This document shows, in pieces, positions 51,420 to 64,000 of a stretch of DNA of 64,000 nt. The notes beneath the pieces are model-generated. The model was not told where the DNA came from and made no database searches. It saw nothing but the letters and a program-made list of their open reading frames with translations. Position numbers and translations under genes: made by a program. The DNA lies in contig OZ176050.1 in assembly GCA_964247055.1 (NCBI GenBank), forward strand, positions 12,524,001-12,588,000, in the 5' to 3' direction. The stretch's first letter is position 1, and each line of letters opens with the position of its first letter. Source of the stretch: Paragordius varius (taxonomy: Eukaryota > Animalia > Nematomorpha).

Positions 51420-54400
51420 TTGTAAAATAATTAGTTATTTATAATGGGAATCTTATGCTTTTCTCCCAATGTTCTTAGTATCCATTGTGAATAATGAGTG
51501 ACATTCAGAAAATAGAAGATGGGACTTTTAGTATGACAGTTCTTTCCACTTATCCATAATCCAATCAAATAATGCTTTTTATCTAAAAAAATATAATATT
51601 CAATAAATATAAAAACAATGTTTTCATCAATCTTTTCTTATAAATTCTTTCTGGCTATGAAGGGTTTTAATTTTTCCAGTTTTGACAATATAATATCATA
51701 ATTATTTGAATTATATATACCATAAAATTAAATGCTAAAATATTCAACCAAAACCAAATTATATCCATTTATTGATTTACCATTTTTATGTTTTTTTAAA
51801 TTCTAATCCAAATAAAGAATCGGTAATATATAAAAATTGATATTAATTTTAGAGTTTCTCGTTTAAGCTATCTGCACCATAATCATATAAATTTTTTATA
51901 ATTTTTTAGCTGTTTCATTTAAAAAACCCGTTAAGAAATAGCAAACTGCTAAAAATTAATTTTTCGCTTGGTTCCCTAAAATACAACATAATGTCCAAAA
52001 GCCCGTGGATACTTTTATTCAATATCCAAATTTTTAAAAATACGCTATGTATATCGAAAAAAAAGTTTTTTTAATGGTAAAATATTCAAAATACGCGTTT
52101 AATTACCGGAATCAATTGTAACTAACAGATTTCCTTTATGCTGAGGACATAAATAATGTTTGTAGTGCAGTGGTTTGGCACAAATAATTGCGGTGGATTC
52201 ATAAATAGCGGCTAAATCGCAATCACCATCCTTTGGATTCAAAATTATCACTAATAAAAAAAGTAACATATAATCTATAATTTTATCAAGTCCAAATATT
52301 TTGCAAGAATATTTATTTTATATACATCTCCTAAAAAATATTATATAAATTACATTACCAACTCTAAAATATTGTTTTTATACCCGTTTTTTGATTTAAA
52401 ATGATTTAACCGCAAAATTACTAGTAGTGTTTAAAGCAATCAATAGTTAAGGTTAAAGCGTTAATTACATACTGAATAGTATAAAAATCCGAAATCTCAT
52501 TTATTTCAAATTTCAACCTTTCTTCCTATCAAAATATAAATATGTAATTATAATTATATTTTGGTTGCCAGTAAAAAAAGATTTAAAAAAAGAAACGCTC
52601 CCATCCCAAAACAAGAGAATGTCCACTACAATTAATATAGGTAGGTTCATAATTAAATTACACATTTAATGGTAAAAAATGGTCTCTTCTTAATTTAAGA
52701 TAATACATAATATTTGTAAACGAACTTTTGTGTAGGGTTGTTTAACCACTCTATCGATATCAAAGTATAATAATTTCAAGACGACTTAAATTAAAGTGTG
52801 CATTGAACTAAATATGAACGAGGAAAACATGACAAATTATTCCTTTAATACACAATAACAATCCTAATTCTACTGCCCATAATAAATACTTCTAAAGATG
52901 TTATACATATACAGTATTAATTGCTGTTAAACTCAACATGTATTACATTTCGTTTTATCTTACTATTTATGCAGTGCAATACCCAAAGCTTTTTATTCAT
53001 GTACTTCGCCCGACGATCGGACAAATTTTAGACAATGCATCAATTTGTCAACTTACAATAGCCATTAATGGATAATGAATAAATTTAGACTATGCACATT
53101 TTTGTTAGCCAAGTAGCGTATGATATAAAATAAATCTTGCCTTAAAGTAACCAATTTAATAGATAAAAAAAATTGTTTAATTTCTAATATTTGCTCTTTT
53201 TTATCAATATGCTACTATTGTTATGCCACAAAAATAATGTGAATTAGCTAACATAATTGTATATACTGTAAATGAATCCTCAATCCTTGTATATTTCTTT
53301 CTTTTACATATAAAAATATTGAATGAAAAATATAATACGGAAATATATAACTGGGTATATTTGAGCTGCTGTTTACATTAGTGTAATAATAGGTGGTTGT
53401 AGTCAACATATTGGTCATGTTTGGTTTGATACAAATGTTTTGGACAAATGATGAGTATAATGATACATTGTTAATTCCATATGCCGTTGAAGGAGACAAT
53501 AAAGAAACATTACCAAAGGCTAAAGTTAATGCTACATCTGAAAGCTCCATTATTACCAATTTATCAATATAGGCGTCCATAAACTGTTCTTCTTCTGTTT
53601 TATAAAGAATGGGAAACATGCATAAAAACATTAAAAAAATTGGGCATAAAATTATAATAAACCCTTTGTTAATGGCAGTCCAAAAGAAATGGCTTTGTGG
53701 GTCGCATTTTAGACATATATGGGGATCAAATAAATATTTTATTTAAGTTTCAAACAACACTTTTTTATAGTTTGTTGCCAAATGTCTAGACTTATTTAAA
53801 AATGTTTAAAAAATTTCAATTTTACTAAGCTTTGTGATCATATTTTTGCAAATTTTTCCGAACTTTTCACCGGATGCCCATCATTTCTCACGGGGTGTTT
53901 TACATCCCTGGTTTAGGTATTTAAAATATTATACCAACTTATCATAATTAGAAAATCAGAAAATTATTTGGCAAAAGGCATTTGATTTAAAAATGTTTAA
54001 TTTACATGATTTATTTGATATTCAAAAAATGTCTTCGGCCACATTTTTAATTAGATACGGCGGACTTATTGAAAAAATATATAAAACTGTGCATATTAAT
54101 AAAATATTATTTGTTAGAAAAATAACCACTAATACAACAATTTATAGTGAAGGGGTGTGCGACAGGGGGTCCTCAAAGATTTATGCGGCCTGCGAAGAAT
54201 TTGGAAAATTAACAAATAACTAGGAATTTTTATTATCAAAAATATTATTATTAATAATAATAGTTAACAAAACTGAGGATGTTTGTATGTGGTACCCTTT
54301 ACCTAAGGAAAAAAATATTTTTTAATTTTATTGATTTGCAATGTGTTAGCCATTTTAATGATTTGATTTATTATGTATGGTATTAAATAATATATGATAA

Positions 54401-55297
54401 AGGTAAGAAGGTGGAAAGCAAATGAAACAAGGAAAACGTTTCCAAAAAATAATTTTTTATCTGTCTATAGTCCACTCAAAAACGTTGAAAAACTTGAATT
54501 TAGAAATGTGAATTTAGAACAATAGGAGCGTATATTTTAAAAATGGTCATAACTTATTAAAATATTATAAAAATTTTAGTTTTGAGCATTTTACACCACT
54601 TATAAATTTTGAAGTTGATATAATTCGCAATAACACATAATAAATAAGCTTTCAGTCAAAAAATTAATGAAGTAAAACAAAAAGGTAAAAAAATCAAAAT
54701 ACCTTGGGTAAATTTTATGGATCTTGCATAATAAACCCTACCAGACACTGGTGTGTGGCTAATAGGTATATTTTGGGATTCAGTATTATCAGCATCATAT
54801 GAATAAGGATTTCCCATTCTTACACTAAAATGCAGATGGTTGTAAAGATTACCGTTGAAACAACTTTGAAGTGTAACCACCATTTTTTGGGATAGTAATG
54901 CTCCAAAGCATATAAACTGCTCAAATTTGTAAATGTTAACTCTCCTAAATTAAAGTTGTATTACTATTTTATTACATTTTTGATCATCAATATGGTTCAG
55001 CAAAAAATCATATAGATTATACATCAATAGCATAACTTTATAGTTTAATGAAAAAATCGTTTTTCCTCCTATGAGAAAAACTTTTCTAAAGCTTACAAAA
55101 AATTTATTTATAAATAATAACCAAGGGACAACGTTAGTCGATGTTTCATTTATACCAATTAATTTGTATATTGGTGCCTCCTTTGAATGCAAGTCTGTGG
55201 AGGATTTTTGCCACAATACATGGAAATACTGACCGCATAATTCATCTTCATACGATTGGCAAGATTTCATATATACATATATATATTTATTGAACAT
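51420..55297 (-). CDS. Probable further exons (non-EGF region) of the EGF-repeat gene; structure unresolved
   Basis: Same-strand coding-like islands at about 55100-55270, 54700-54883, 53350-53590, 52110-52260 and 51420-51580. Phases not fully reconciled. Confidence 0.4.
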
Positions 55298-56171
55298 TTT
55301 AATTTTTCAGTCATAGAATTCGTTTTACTACTTTAGAACAATAATAATTTCTTTGCCTGGCATGTGTGGTCTTATTTACCCCAAGATAACATTATGTCAG
55401 GATAGAAGCAAAAGATTAGATGACTATTTTTGTTAGGACACAATGATGATGCCAAATCGCATACAATTAAAAAATTTGCTTTTATCATTTAGTAGCCTTT
55501 AAATTAAATGTTAATATAATAAATTATATTTCGATACAACTAAAAAAAGCTAATCCAGTTTATCGGCCAAATTCTATTTTTATATTAGTGTGCTTGAATT
55601 AAAATACAATACCAATCTTTAAGCCGATTTTAGAATCAACCTATGCCTTTTTTGAAAAAGATTAATTTCTTATTCTATTTGTGCTTATTGTAAAAAAAAA
55701 CGTTTTATCTGGTTATAAAAAATGGGAGTTCGGATGTAAAAAATATATATTTACATTGTTTTCCTTTATATTAATTTATATGTTCATATAATATTATAAA
55801 CATTGGAAACATTTGGCTTGAAGTTTAATTAACATATGCCTTGATTCATTGTTAGTTATTATAGTTAATAAATAAAATAGCCTTATAACTTGGGTTGGGT
55901 TTTGACCGATCAAATCAAAAAAGCAGTCATCTTTAAAAGTGTTGGATTCGTTATTTTTTAAGCCAAACAGGTCAGACCCAACTTTAAACCATAATTTTGA
56001 AAATGCTGTTACATCTTTTCACCAAATTACATAATATGGTTTATCGAAAAATTTATATAATTACAAATATGTACTTTTTGCTATTGTATGAATTAGGTTT
56101 CTTAGCAATAATTATCTTCTAAAATCTTTCAAAAACCAAAGACCAAATATGCAAAAAAATATTTTTATAAC

Positions 56172-59100
56172 CTCTAGATTCACAGCGTGGGCCAAAATAA
56201 CCTGGGAGACAAACGCAATAACCGTTTAAATCACAATTTCCCGTTGAGTTAGACCTATTACATGGACAATCTAGACCACATATATGGTAACTGATGAATA
56301 AATGAGCAGTAAAATAGAACATGCTTTCAATCATTGCTTTGATAATATCTTATGGCAATATATTTACAAATTTGATTGCATAAAATTAAATCAATTTTTT
56401 TATTTTTTTACACTTTTTGTGTACAATAAAACATAAATGGGAAAATTTGAACAAATCTAACTCAAAAATCATACACTAGATTATGTATTGAATAGGATTG
56501 TGACTGGGGCAGTTTAATTAATTCCCAAATATAGTGAGATTATTTTATATATAAAAACAGGACTCCATCTACTAAAACCTTTATGAAAAACCATAAAAAC
56601 ATTGTTATTAAAAATATATTTTTTAATATACCCTTTTAATTGATCAAAAAAATTATTTTACGATTTGTATTTTCTAAAGTCTGGAAGTGTGGCAAGAATT
56701 CTATTAAACGAACACCTGATATTAAAAATTGATAAAAAACCATTCTTTGGTGCTCCAAAACATTTTATGCCTTAAAAATTATTTTATCTTATATTTTAAT
56801 CAATAAACTTAATTTATTATACACCAGTTTTTGTGGAAAAACAATAAATTGGAGGAAAAAATAGGTGGCAAAAAGATGTAATTTTTTAAACAATATACAT
56901 TATACTAATTGCACCCATGAAAGGCAGCCAAATGCATATATATAACCATTTTCATAAATGATATTTCTATGATCGCTCTGGGCTGGGAATATATCCGAAA
57001 GATAATGAAATGTTCAAACCTAAAGTGCACATAGGACCGAAATAATTTTGTTTGCAATCCAAACAAACCCCATTAATATCGCAAGCGCTTAATCCATGAT
57101 TTCGACACACGCATGTATTGTTACAATGTTTCCCATACCAACCGGGTTTGCAATCACAAAAACCTTTAGCAGAACATTGTGAGTTGAAACTGTTAGCAAC
57201 TGGACAATCACACTCTATATAGAATTAAAAAATATTTTTAATATAACGTAATAAAAAATTTCCTCACATGCTACAGTCACGTATCCTTTATTTTATCAAA
57301 AATTTATCTTTCGTTTAAATGGGTATAAATATTTGTTAAAGAATGAAAAAACAAGCACTCTATGGTAAATATCATACTCATGAAAAAAGTATACGAATTC
57401 CCAAGTTCTTGTTTTTTCCATTCTCTACCAAATATTTATACCCAGCAAAATATACATTTTTGTTAAAAAAGGATACATGAGTGTACAAACGAGAAAAATT
57501 AAAACAATATCATATCTTAAGACAAAATTTGGACAATAAACATTAAAAGTATACCCAACTTCTATAACATTCAATTTAAAGGGTCATATATTTAACAAAT
57601 TTAAAGTTTTTACCATATTGGCATTTAGATCCATAAAAGCGATGTAAACACACGCATTTGCCATCGGCCATACAATCATTAAATGCAGAGTGGGATACAA
57701 AGCAGTTGCATACTAAAAAGTCGAATTGAAAATTAGATATTACCAGGAATTGGATCAAAGTTCAAACACCCCCATAAAATTTGTGGGGCTTTTCCGACAA
57801 AAAAACTTTCAATTCTTTTGCGAAAATATATATAAAATAGAGCAGAGTTATTTTAAATTTTATACCAAGTATACAAATTTAAATAGATAGTATATAAGTG
57901 TTAGTTAAATATTTAATTATGCGCAAACCCAAAAAAATAAATAAAAATAAATTTGTATGTTATTTTGGGGTTGGATTATTAAACAGTTATTATCTGTAAT
58001 AAAAAGATTTCTCCCCTGAAATATGCATGTATAAGAAATTTTCAATTATATCTCAAAACTTTATTAATGCCTGTCCTTAAAAAATTATTTGGGAAACATT
58101 TTAGATATCATTGCAATCATAAATAAATAAAGAATATAAAAATTACATTTGTCACATTTTCTACCATAATAACCACTCTTGCAAGAACAATATCCTGTAT
58201 TACAGTCAATGTGATTCGAACCACTGGATGCGCAATAACAATCTGTAATCAAAATATATATTGATATAAATATTTATTTTTCAAAAATCTGGAAAATTTA
58301 TTTTATTGGACTCCTCAACTTTCTTGGATTATAGATATTGTAAAACAGTATATAGGTCTTATTTTGCCTTAAATAATTTAAGCAAGTTTAAACAAAGAAA
58401 TACAATTTAAAAAAAATTGGGTTGACGTGAAAACTAGAAGACCAATATTTATTTTTATAAAGAATGGTTTTTTCAACTCTTACCCATTGTTTTTGGGTGC
58501 AAAATAATAAATAGACATGTAAATTGGTAACACACTCAATATTTTTCTTTTTATAAAAAAACTAAGCCTTAGAGTTTTACGTTTGGTCTTTATACAGTAT
58601 GATAAGTATACTTCGCTACTTTTTCAATAAATATTTCCAGATATCACATGGCGCAAAGAGCATTATTATTGGATATTAGTAAAAAGTGAAATAACATTAC
58701 TAATTATATTTCCCTTTTCTGAATATTCTGTCTTGCAATAAGTATTGAAAAACTAGCAATGTATACTTATTCTTACCATAATTATAATTATTGCTGTGGT
58801 ATTTGTCTAAAAATATAATTCCTAACTATTTTCACATCGTTTCCCATAGTAGCCTGGCAAGCATGGACATTGTCCCACGATATCACATACACCATCTAAC
58901 GCATTATCAATGTAACATCGACACCTTTTGTCACATTGTTTACCGTAAAAACTTGGCCAGCAATGGCACCATCCACGAGACCCGCAACTGGGTCTACTAT
59001 TGTTTCCACAAAAACAAGCTAAATAATAAAAAGGATATTTTTTTAAAATATTATTTGTAATTACTGTTGTATGTGTAAAAAGTACTTTCCGGCACAACTT

Positions 59101-60666
59101 TTTCGGTTACCATAATATTTGGTCTAAAATAGAGAGCTTACATAATTAGGCAAAACGAATGTTAAATACATTATGTTTTTTAAACAAACCAGTATAAATT
59201 CTACATTAAAAAATTTCGGCAAGAATTAGTGTAAATTAACACTTAAGGGTCATAAATCAATTAAACTTAGACGCAAAAATAAAAATTAAACACCTATGTA
59301 ATAAAATGATAATATTTTCATTAAAAAATTAGGTGGAATTAAAATTTAGTATTTATGACTTGGAAAGGAAAAAAATGATAAATAATATAGTAAATATTAT
59401 AAATAAGCGCATAATTTTCAATAAAAGTTCAATAATTTCCATAAAAATTAACCTAAATGGAAATATTCCCAAATTGATCACGTTTGTAAGTTAAAACGCT
59501 ATGTAAGTAAAATCATCTTGAAGTCCAAAATATTGGGTCAATAAACTAAGAATTTAGTTTTCACATAAACTGATACTTTCACCTAAACTAATTCTTAAAA
59601 GATTAAATATAATCTTTTGATTTTTGCTTTTGAAACGCTTTTTCTTTAATATCGAATCATAGGATGCACAAGCTTAATTAAGAAGCCGTTCATTTTTCAA
59701 TATGTAATCAAAAACAGCTACTGCTTAAAAGTATTTTTGGGTTTGTTTTCATGTGCAAGAATGAACTAATTGTCCAAGCTAGTGAATTTTCCATTAAATT
59801 TCGAGAAACTACTATTTGACCCTAATTTTGGCATATTTATACATTATAGAGTGTCAAATTTAGAGAAGTACGTTTTATAAGGACCAAATTTTTTATAGAG
59901 TCCCTCATAAGCTTTCATCATCCGAAAATTTTGTGGTATAACGCCATACAACAGAAATAAATGTAAAAAATAAAAGAAGACACAGCTGTTGTTTAATGAA
60001 ATACAAATATTAACATTTTACCATATGCTTGTATTAATATATATAACATTTTAATCCAAAAATTACCTTTAAAAGAATTTTTTATTAAATAGTTTTTGTG
60101 TTTTTGATAAAATTAACATGTTAAAAACAACTAAAAGGATCTAAAAAATCCGGATATTATTGCAACTAATATTTCTATACTAGTCCAAAATAATCAAAAC
60201 CTGTTAGGGTGCAAATACACATGGACAAACTTTTTAATTTATTATAAATTTAAATATACAATAACAATTATGGTTTAATTTAACATATACATTTAGCCAT
60301 ACTTTTATTTAACAAACTTATTTTTTTTAAAAAAATAATTTAATCATTTTTTATTATTTTTTTACCTGTACAAACCCTGTTAAACTATTTAAAAACAATT
60401 ATTTACTATAAAAAATGGAACAATTTATATCATTATATATTATATTTTGAGAAAGCGTCATGAGGCGGATAATCCATATAAAATTTTCAACAATTGGGGT
60501 CATATAAGCATGGGTTCCTGAATCAACATTTTTCCCCTTCAAAACAATGAGCTAAAATTGAAAAAAAAACCTAGTTGACATCTGTTCCCATAAGTTCCTG
60601 ATTTGCAAATACATTTATTTGAAAGGCATGCCAGCGTATTATCATACACACATTGACAATTGTCGT
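56172..60666 (-). CDS. Multiple EGF/laminin-EGF-like repeat protein (8 six-Cys repeats in six phase-1 exons); gene extends both ways
   Basis: Exons 60666-60571, 59018-58827, 58242-58147, 57712-57614, 57214-57020, 56270-56172. Repeats such as CFCGNNSRPSCGSRGWCHCWPSFYGKQC and CPCNRSNSTGNCDLNGYCVCLPGYFGPRC. Confidence 0.88.
57263..57493. mobile_element. Fold-back MITE-like inverted repeat in an EGF-gene intron
   Basis: Arms GTATCC...TGGGTATAAATATTTG...AAAAAACAAG and CTTGTTTTTT...CAAATATTTATACCCA...GGATAC are reverse complements. Confidence 0.65.
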
Positions 60667-62279
60667 CTGAGATTATAAAAAAGTAAATTAAATCCCCAGA
60701 TATCCATTGTAGAAAAAAGTTATAAAGATAGGGAGTTATATTTATATTCCAAATATTTTGGTAAACCTTAACTTCAATATTAATTTCACAAGTTTAAGTA
60801 ATCAAATAAAATTGAAAATTATAACCCTTTGTGATTGGAGTTAAAAATTATGTCTAGGGATGCTTAATATAGTTTTATTTTATATTTTAATACTGCGGGG
60901 ATATTATAGAGGGATGTTAAAGCAATGCGAAAAACTTTTATCCACACAGGGTATAGAAAAATTATAAATGTGTATTCGAATATAAAAAATTGTAAAATTA
61001 AATTACTTTTAAATTATGGAAATTATCGTAATAGCCCACTTTTATGATATGCATATTGGCACATTTTGGTTTGGGTCCAAAATGCCACTTTGTTTAATAT
61101 ATTTTATAAATATCGCCGTGTTATTTGGCTTTAAATTTAAAGTGAAGGAACTGAATAGATCTTATATTTAGAATAACATAAGATCGGTAATATAATCTTT
61201 TTTGAAGTTTTGTAGTCATGGAAATATCAATCAATATTCGTTTATTAAATTATTTATAATAATTATAGATGATTTTTAGTTAAAACGCTACAAATTTTAT
61301 ACGTATTAACATAAGAAAATGCTAATCTGCACTTTGGGTATATTGTTTTTTTGTAATTTAAGCATAACTTTCAAATTCAAAAGTAACCATGAAGGATTTT
61401 ATTAACAGGCAGTCTAAGTTAAACCTATCCATATTCATTTTAATTTGTAAAGTATCATACGAAAAAATCTGATCTCTTTATAAATCAATATAATTTTTAA
61501 ATAAAAAATTCCACAAACTTTCTGAATATGTAAAATTAAGTCGCAGGCCTCGTGAATCAAACACTTCAACATCCATATTCCATATGTGTTTTATGTGTAA
61601 AACCATATAAATTGGAATAAATATTGAGCTTATCATATTGGAAAAATTTAACAAAAGGAAACAATTTTGACTGCTTTTTAACATTTCCAAATTAATTGTT
61701 GTGTCAGCTAAAATTATTATAAATAAAACAAATAGATTATATTTTTATAAAGGTTATTTTACACGAGGTTACTTATAATCATATTTATTAAATAAAATTT
61801 ATAAAAATGATTTAATATTAACTGGTGATTATATCAAGTAATTCATCATGAATGATCTAGTGCCGTTAAAAATAAAAATCTTTAATTTAATATTGAGAGA
61901 TTTGCTATAATTTTGGAAAAAACGAATTATAATTTTTATATTTGAAATCTAGTATCGTATATTTACAATAAACATCAAATTTTACTATCCACACCAAAGA
62001 TATCATAAATAAAATCTTTGATTTTTAAATGAATTAATTAAAACCTTAATGCAAGATCAAACAATTTCTATAATGAACCAAGAACCAAAGTCTTATAGCT
62101 ATCATTACAAACCAAAACCCATGCGAATAAAAAGTAAATATAAATTAAACAAAATTTATTACAATATAATAATTTATTAGCAGTGTTGTGCGTTATAATA
62201 TTTATTCCAGACATCTTGACCCTACTAGCTTGTTCAACAACCCGCATCAGAAGAGTTTGTTTGCAGTGATGAAAACACA

Positions 62280-64000
62280 TTAATCTTCCAAGAAAAAGAA
62301 ATTTCCAGACTTCTTTTGATCCACATCCTTGACTGAGTTTAGTTTATTAATACGCGGCCTAAAATTGTTAGGGTCCCTACGGAATGTTATGTTAAGGCTC
62401 TCCAAAAATTTATTCATGCCCAACAACAAACTTTGGGGACTATTGGCATGGGAGACGACAGAAGGTGTACCCTCAAAAACTATGACACGATCAGCCAAAT
62501 ACGTTGCCATAATGAAATCGTGTTCAACCACGAAAGCCGTTTTCTTGGCATGGAGGATAAAGCGTTTAATAACTTTGCTGGCAACTAAACGCTGTTCGGA
62601 ATCAAGGTATGCCGACGGTTCATCAATCAAATACACGTCAGCAGGTTTCCCCAAGCAAAGTGTTAAGGCTACTCGTTGAAGCTCACCACCAGATAAGTTT
62701 TGTACCTCAAGGTCTAACAAGGGATCCATATTCATGGGTTTGATAACGTCCGCAATAAATTGCGGGTGAAGAAATGCCTCTTGTATCCGCTCCAATAACA
62801 AATTACGAACTGTACTCGTGTACTTGGGTGATATTTTTTGCGGTTTATAGCTTATGTTAAGAACAGGTACTTCAGCACCTTCGTCCGGTTTCAGATTTCC
62901 GGCTAACATACGGATCAAGGTAGTTTTCCCCGTCCCATTTTCTCCCAATAACACGATAATTTCGCTGTCAGTAAAATCACCTTCCGAAATGCTAAGGGAG
63001 AAGTCACCAAGATGTTTTGACATAGCTGGATAACTATAATGACGCATACGTTTAATTTCTTCTTTGGATGCCGTTTCTGCAACCTTGAATGTGAGAGAAA
63101 CGTCTCGAAACCTGAGATTTTCTGTGGGAACAAATCCATCAAGAAATATGTTAATCCCTTCGCGTACACTAAAGGGCATAGTAACCACTCCATAGGCCCC
63201 AGGCATACCATACAAACAACAAATGTAATCGGAGAGATAATCGAGTATAGATAAATCATGTTCCACAACTATGATATAGTTATTGTCACGAATTAACTCA
63301 CGTATGGCTATGGCAGCGTTTAGCCTTTGTTTAACATCCAAATAACTGGATGGTTCATCAAACATATAAATGTCGGCGTTTTGAATACAGCACATGGCAC
63401 ATGCAAATCGTTGCAATTCTCCACCACTTAAATCACTAATTTGTCGATTCATGAGTGAAGGTCCTAAATCTAACCTTTCACAAATACCGTGTTGGAATGC
63501 AAACTTACTCATTTGAACGGGATCATCTTTGGCATTAAGAACGAATCCGGGTAATTTTTTAGCCAGTAATTCTTGAACAGTGCCTTGAGCCGCTTTAGGT
63601 ATTTGATCAACATATTGAGGCTTGATTAGCGCTTTGAGATTGTCTTCCAAAATTTTAGTAAAATAATTTTGAAGTTCTGAACCTCGAAAATATACTAAGA
63701 GTTCGGACCAATCTGGTGGATTTTCATAACGGCCAAGATTGGGTTTAAGCTTGCCAGCAAGAATTTTTAGAGCAGTCGATTTACCAATACCATTGGTTCC
63801 AACAAGACCCAAAACTTCACCAGGCCTTGGAATAGGTAATCTATGGAGTTTAAATGAATTTGCTGAATATCGATGCGTGGTATCTTTTTCCAGATCACTC
63901 GGAAGATTAATAATCTGAATGGCTTGGAAAGGACATTTTTTAACACAAATTCCGCATCCTATGCATAATTGTTCTGATATAAGAGCCATTTTGTCTAGGG
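62280..64000 (-). CDS. ABCE1: ABCE1 (RNase L inhibitor / Rli1), 5' end outside the window; no introns in 1710 nt
   Basis: Second Fe-S cluster motif [12 protein letters not shown], Walker [10 protein letters not shown] and GENGTGKT, two LSGGELQR signatures, DEPS, C-terminal FRPRINK. Confidence 0.98.
   Translation of the reverse strand, partial: LDKMALISEQLCIGCGICVKKCPFQAIQIINLPSDLEKDTTHRYSANSFKLHRLPIPRPGEVLGLVGTNGIGKSTALKILAGKLKPNLGRYENPPDWSELLVYFRGSELQNYFTKILEDNLKALIKPQYVDQIPKAAQGTVQELLAKKLPGFVLNAKDDPVQMSKFAFQHGICERLDLGPSLMNRQISDLSGGELQRFACAMCCIQNADIYMFDEPSSYLDVKQRLNAAIAIRELIRDNNYIIVVEHDLSILDYLSDYICCLYGMPGAYGVVTMPFSVREGINIFLDGFVPTENLRFRDVSLTFKVAETASKEEIKRMRHYSYPAMSKHLGDFSLSISEGDFTDSEIIVLLGENGTGKTTLIRMLAGNLKPDEGAEVPVLNISYKPQKISPKYTSTVRNLLLERIQEAFLHPQFIADVIKPMNMDPLLDLEVQNLSGGELQRVALTLCLGKPADVYLIDEPSAYLDSEQRLVASKVIKRFILHAKKTAFVVEHDFIMATYLADRVIVFEGTPSVVSHANSPQSLLLGMNKFLESLNITFRRDPNNFRPRINKLNSVKDVDQKKSGNFFFLED

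Noticed and set aside
54150-54200. GVRQG-like string suggesting an RT fragment
   Set aside because: Only five codons, overlapping a hAT-like terminal motif (CAGGGGGTCCTCAAA...GCGGCC), with no other RT motifs nearby.
62329-63268. ORFs overlapping ABCE1 in other frames and on the opposite strand
   Set aside because: Expected by-products of a GC-richer coding sequence, with no motifs.

Overview
AT-rich eukaryotic (most likely invertebrate animal) genomic DNA with spliceosomal GT-AG introns and the standard code. Recognisable genes: the 3' part of S-adenosylmethionine synthetase (MAT), dUTPase, a SYCP2-like synaptonemal-complex gene, MTO1/GidA, a multi-EGF-repeat gene and an intronless ABCE1 cut by the window edge. 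Four orphan genes are present, two with signal peptides. Transposons include hAT, piggyBac-like and MITE elements and one RTE-clade LINE. Most notable: (1) MAT has two intact, diverged alternative terminal exons, and the proximal acceptor resembles the METTL16 m6A nonamer; (2) introns of 21-33 nt sit in the same genes as kilobase introns; (3) the RTE LINE has an inverted 5' end bounded by an 8-bp TSD (twin-priming geometry); (4) a divergent SYCP2 orthologue. All gene models were hand-spliced from the sequence and no database searches were run.
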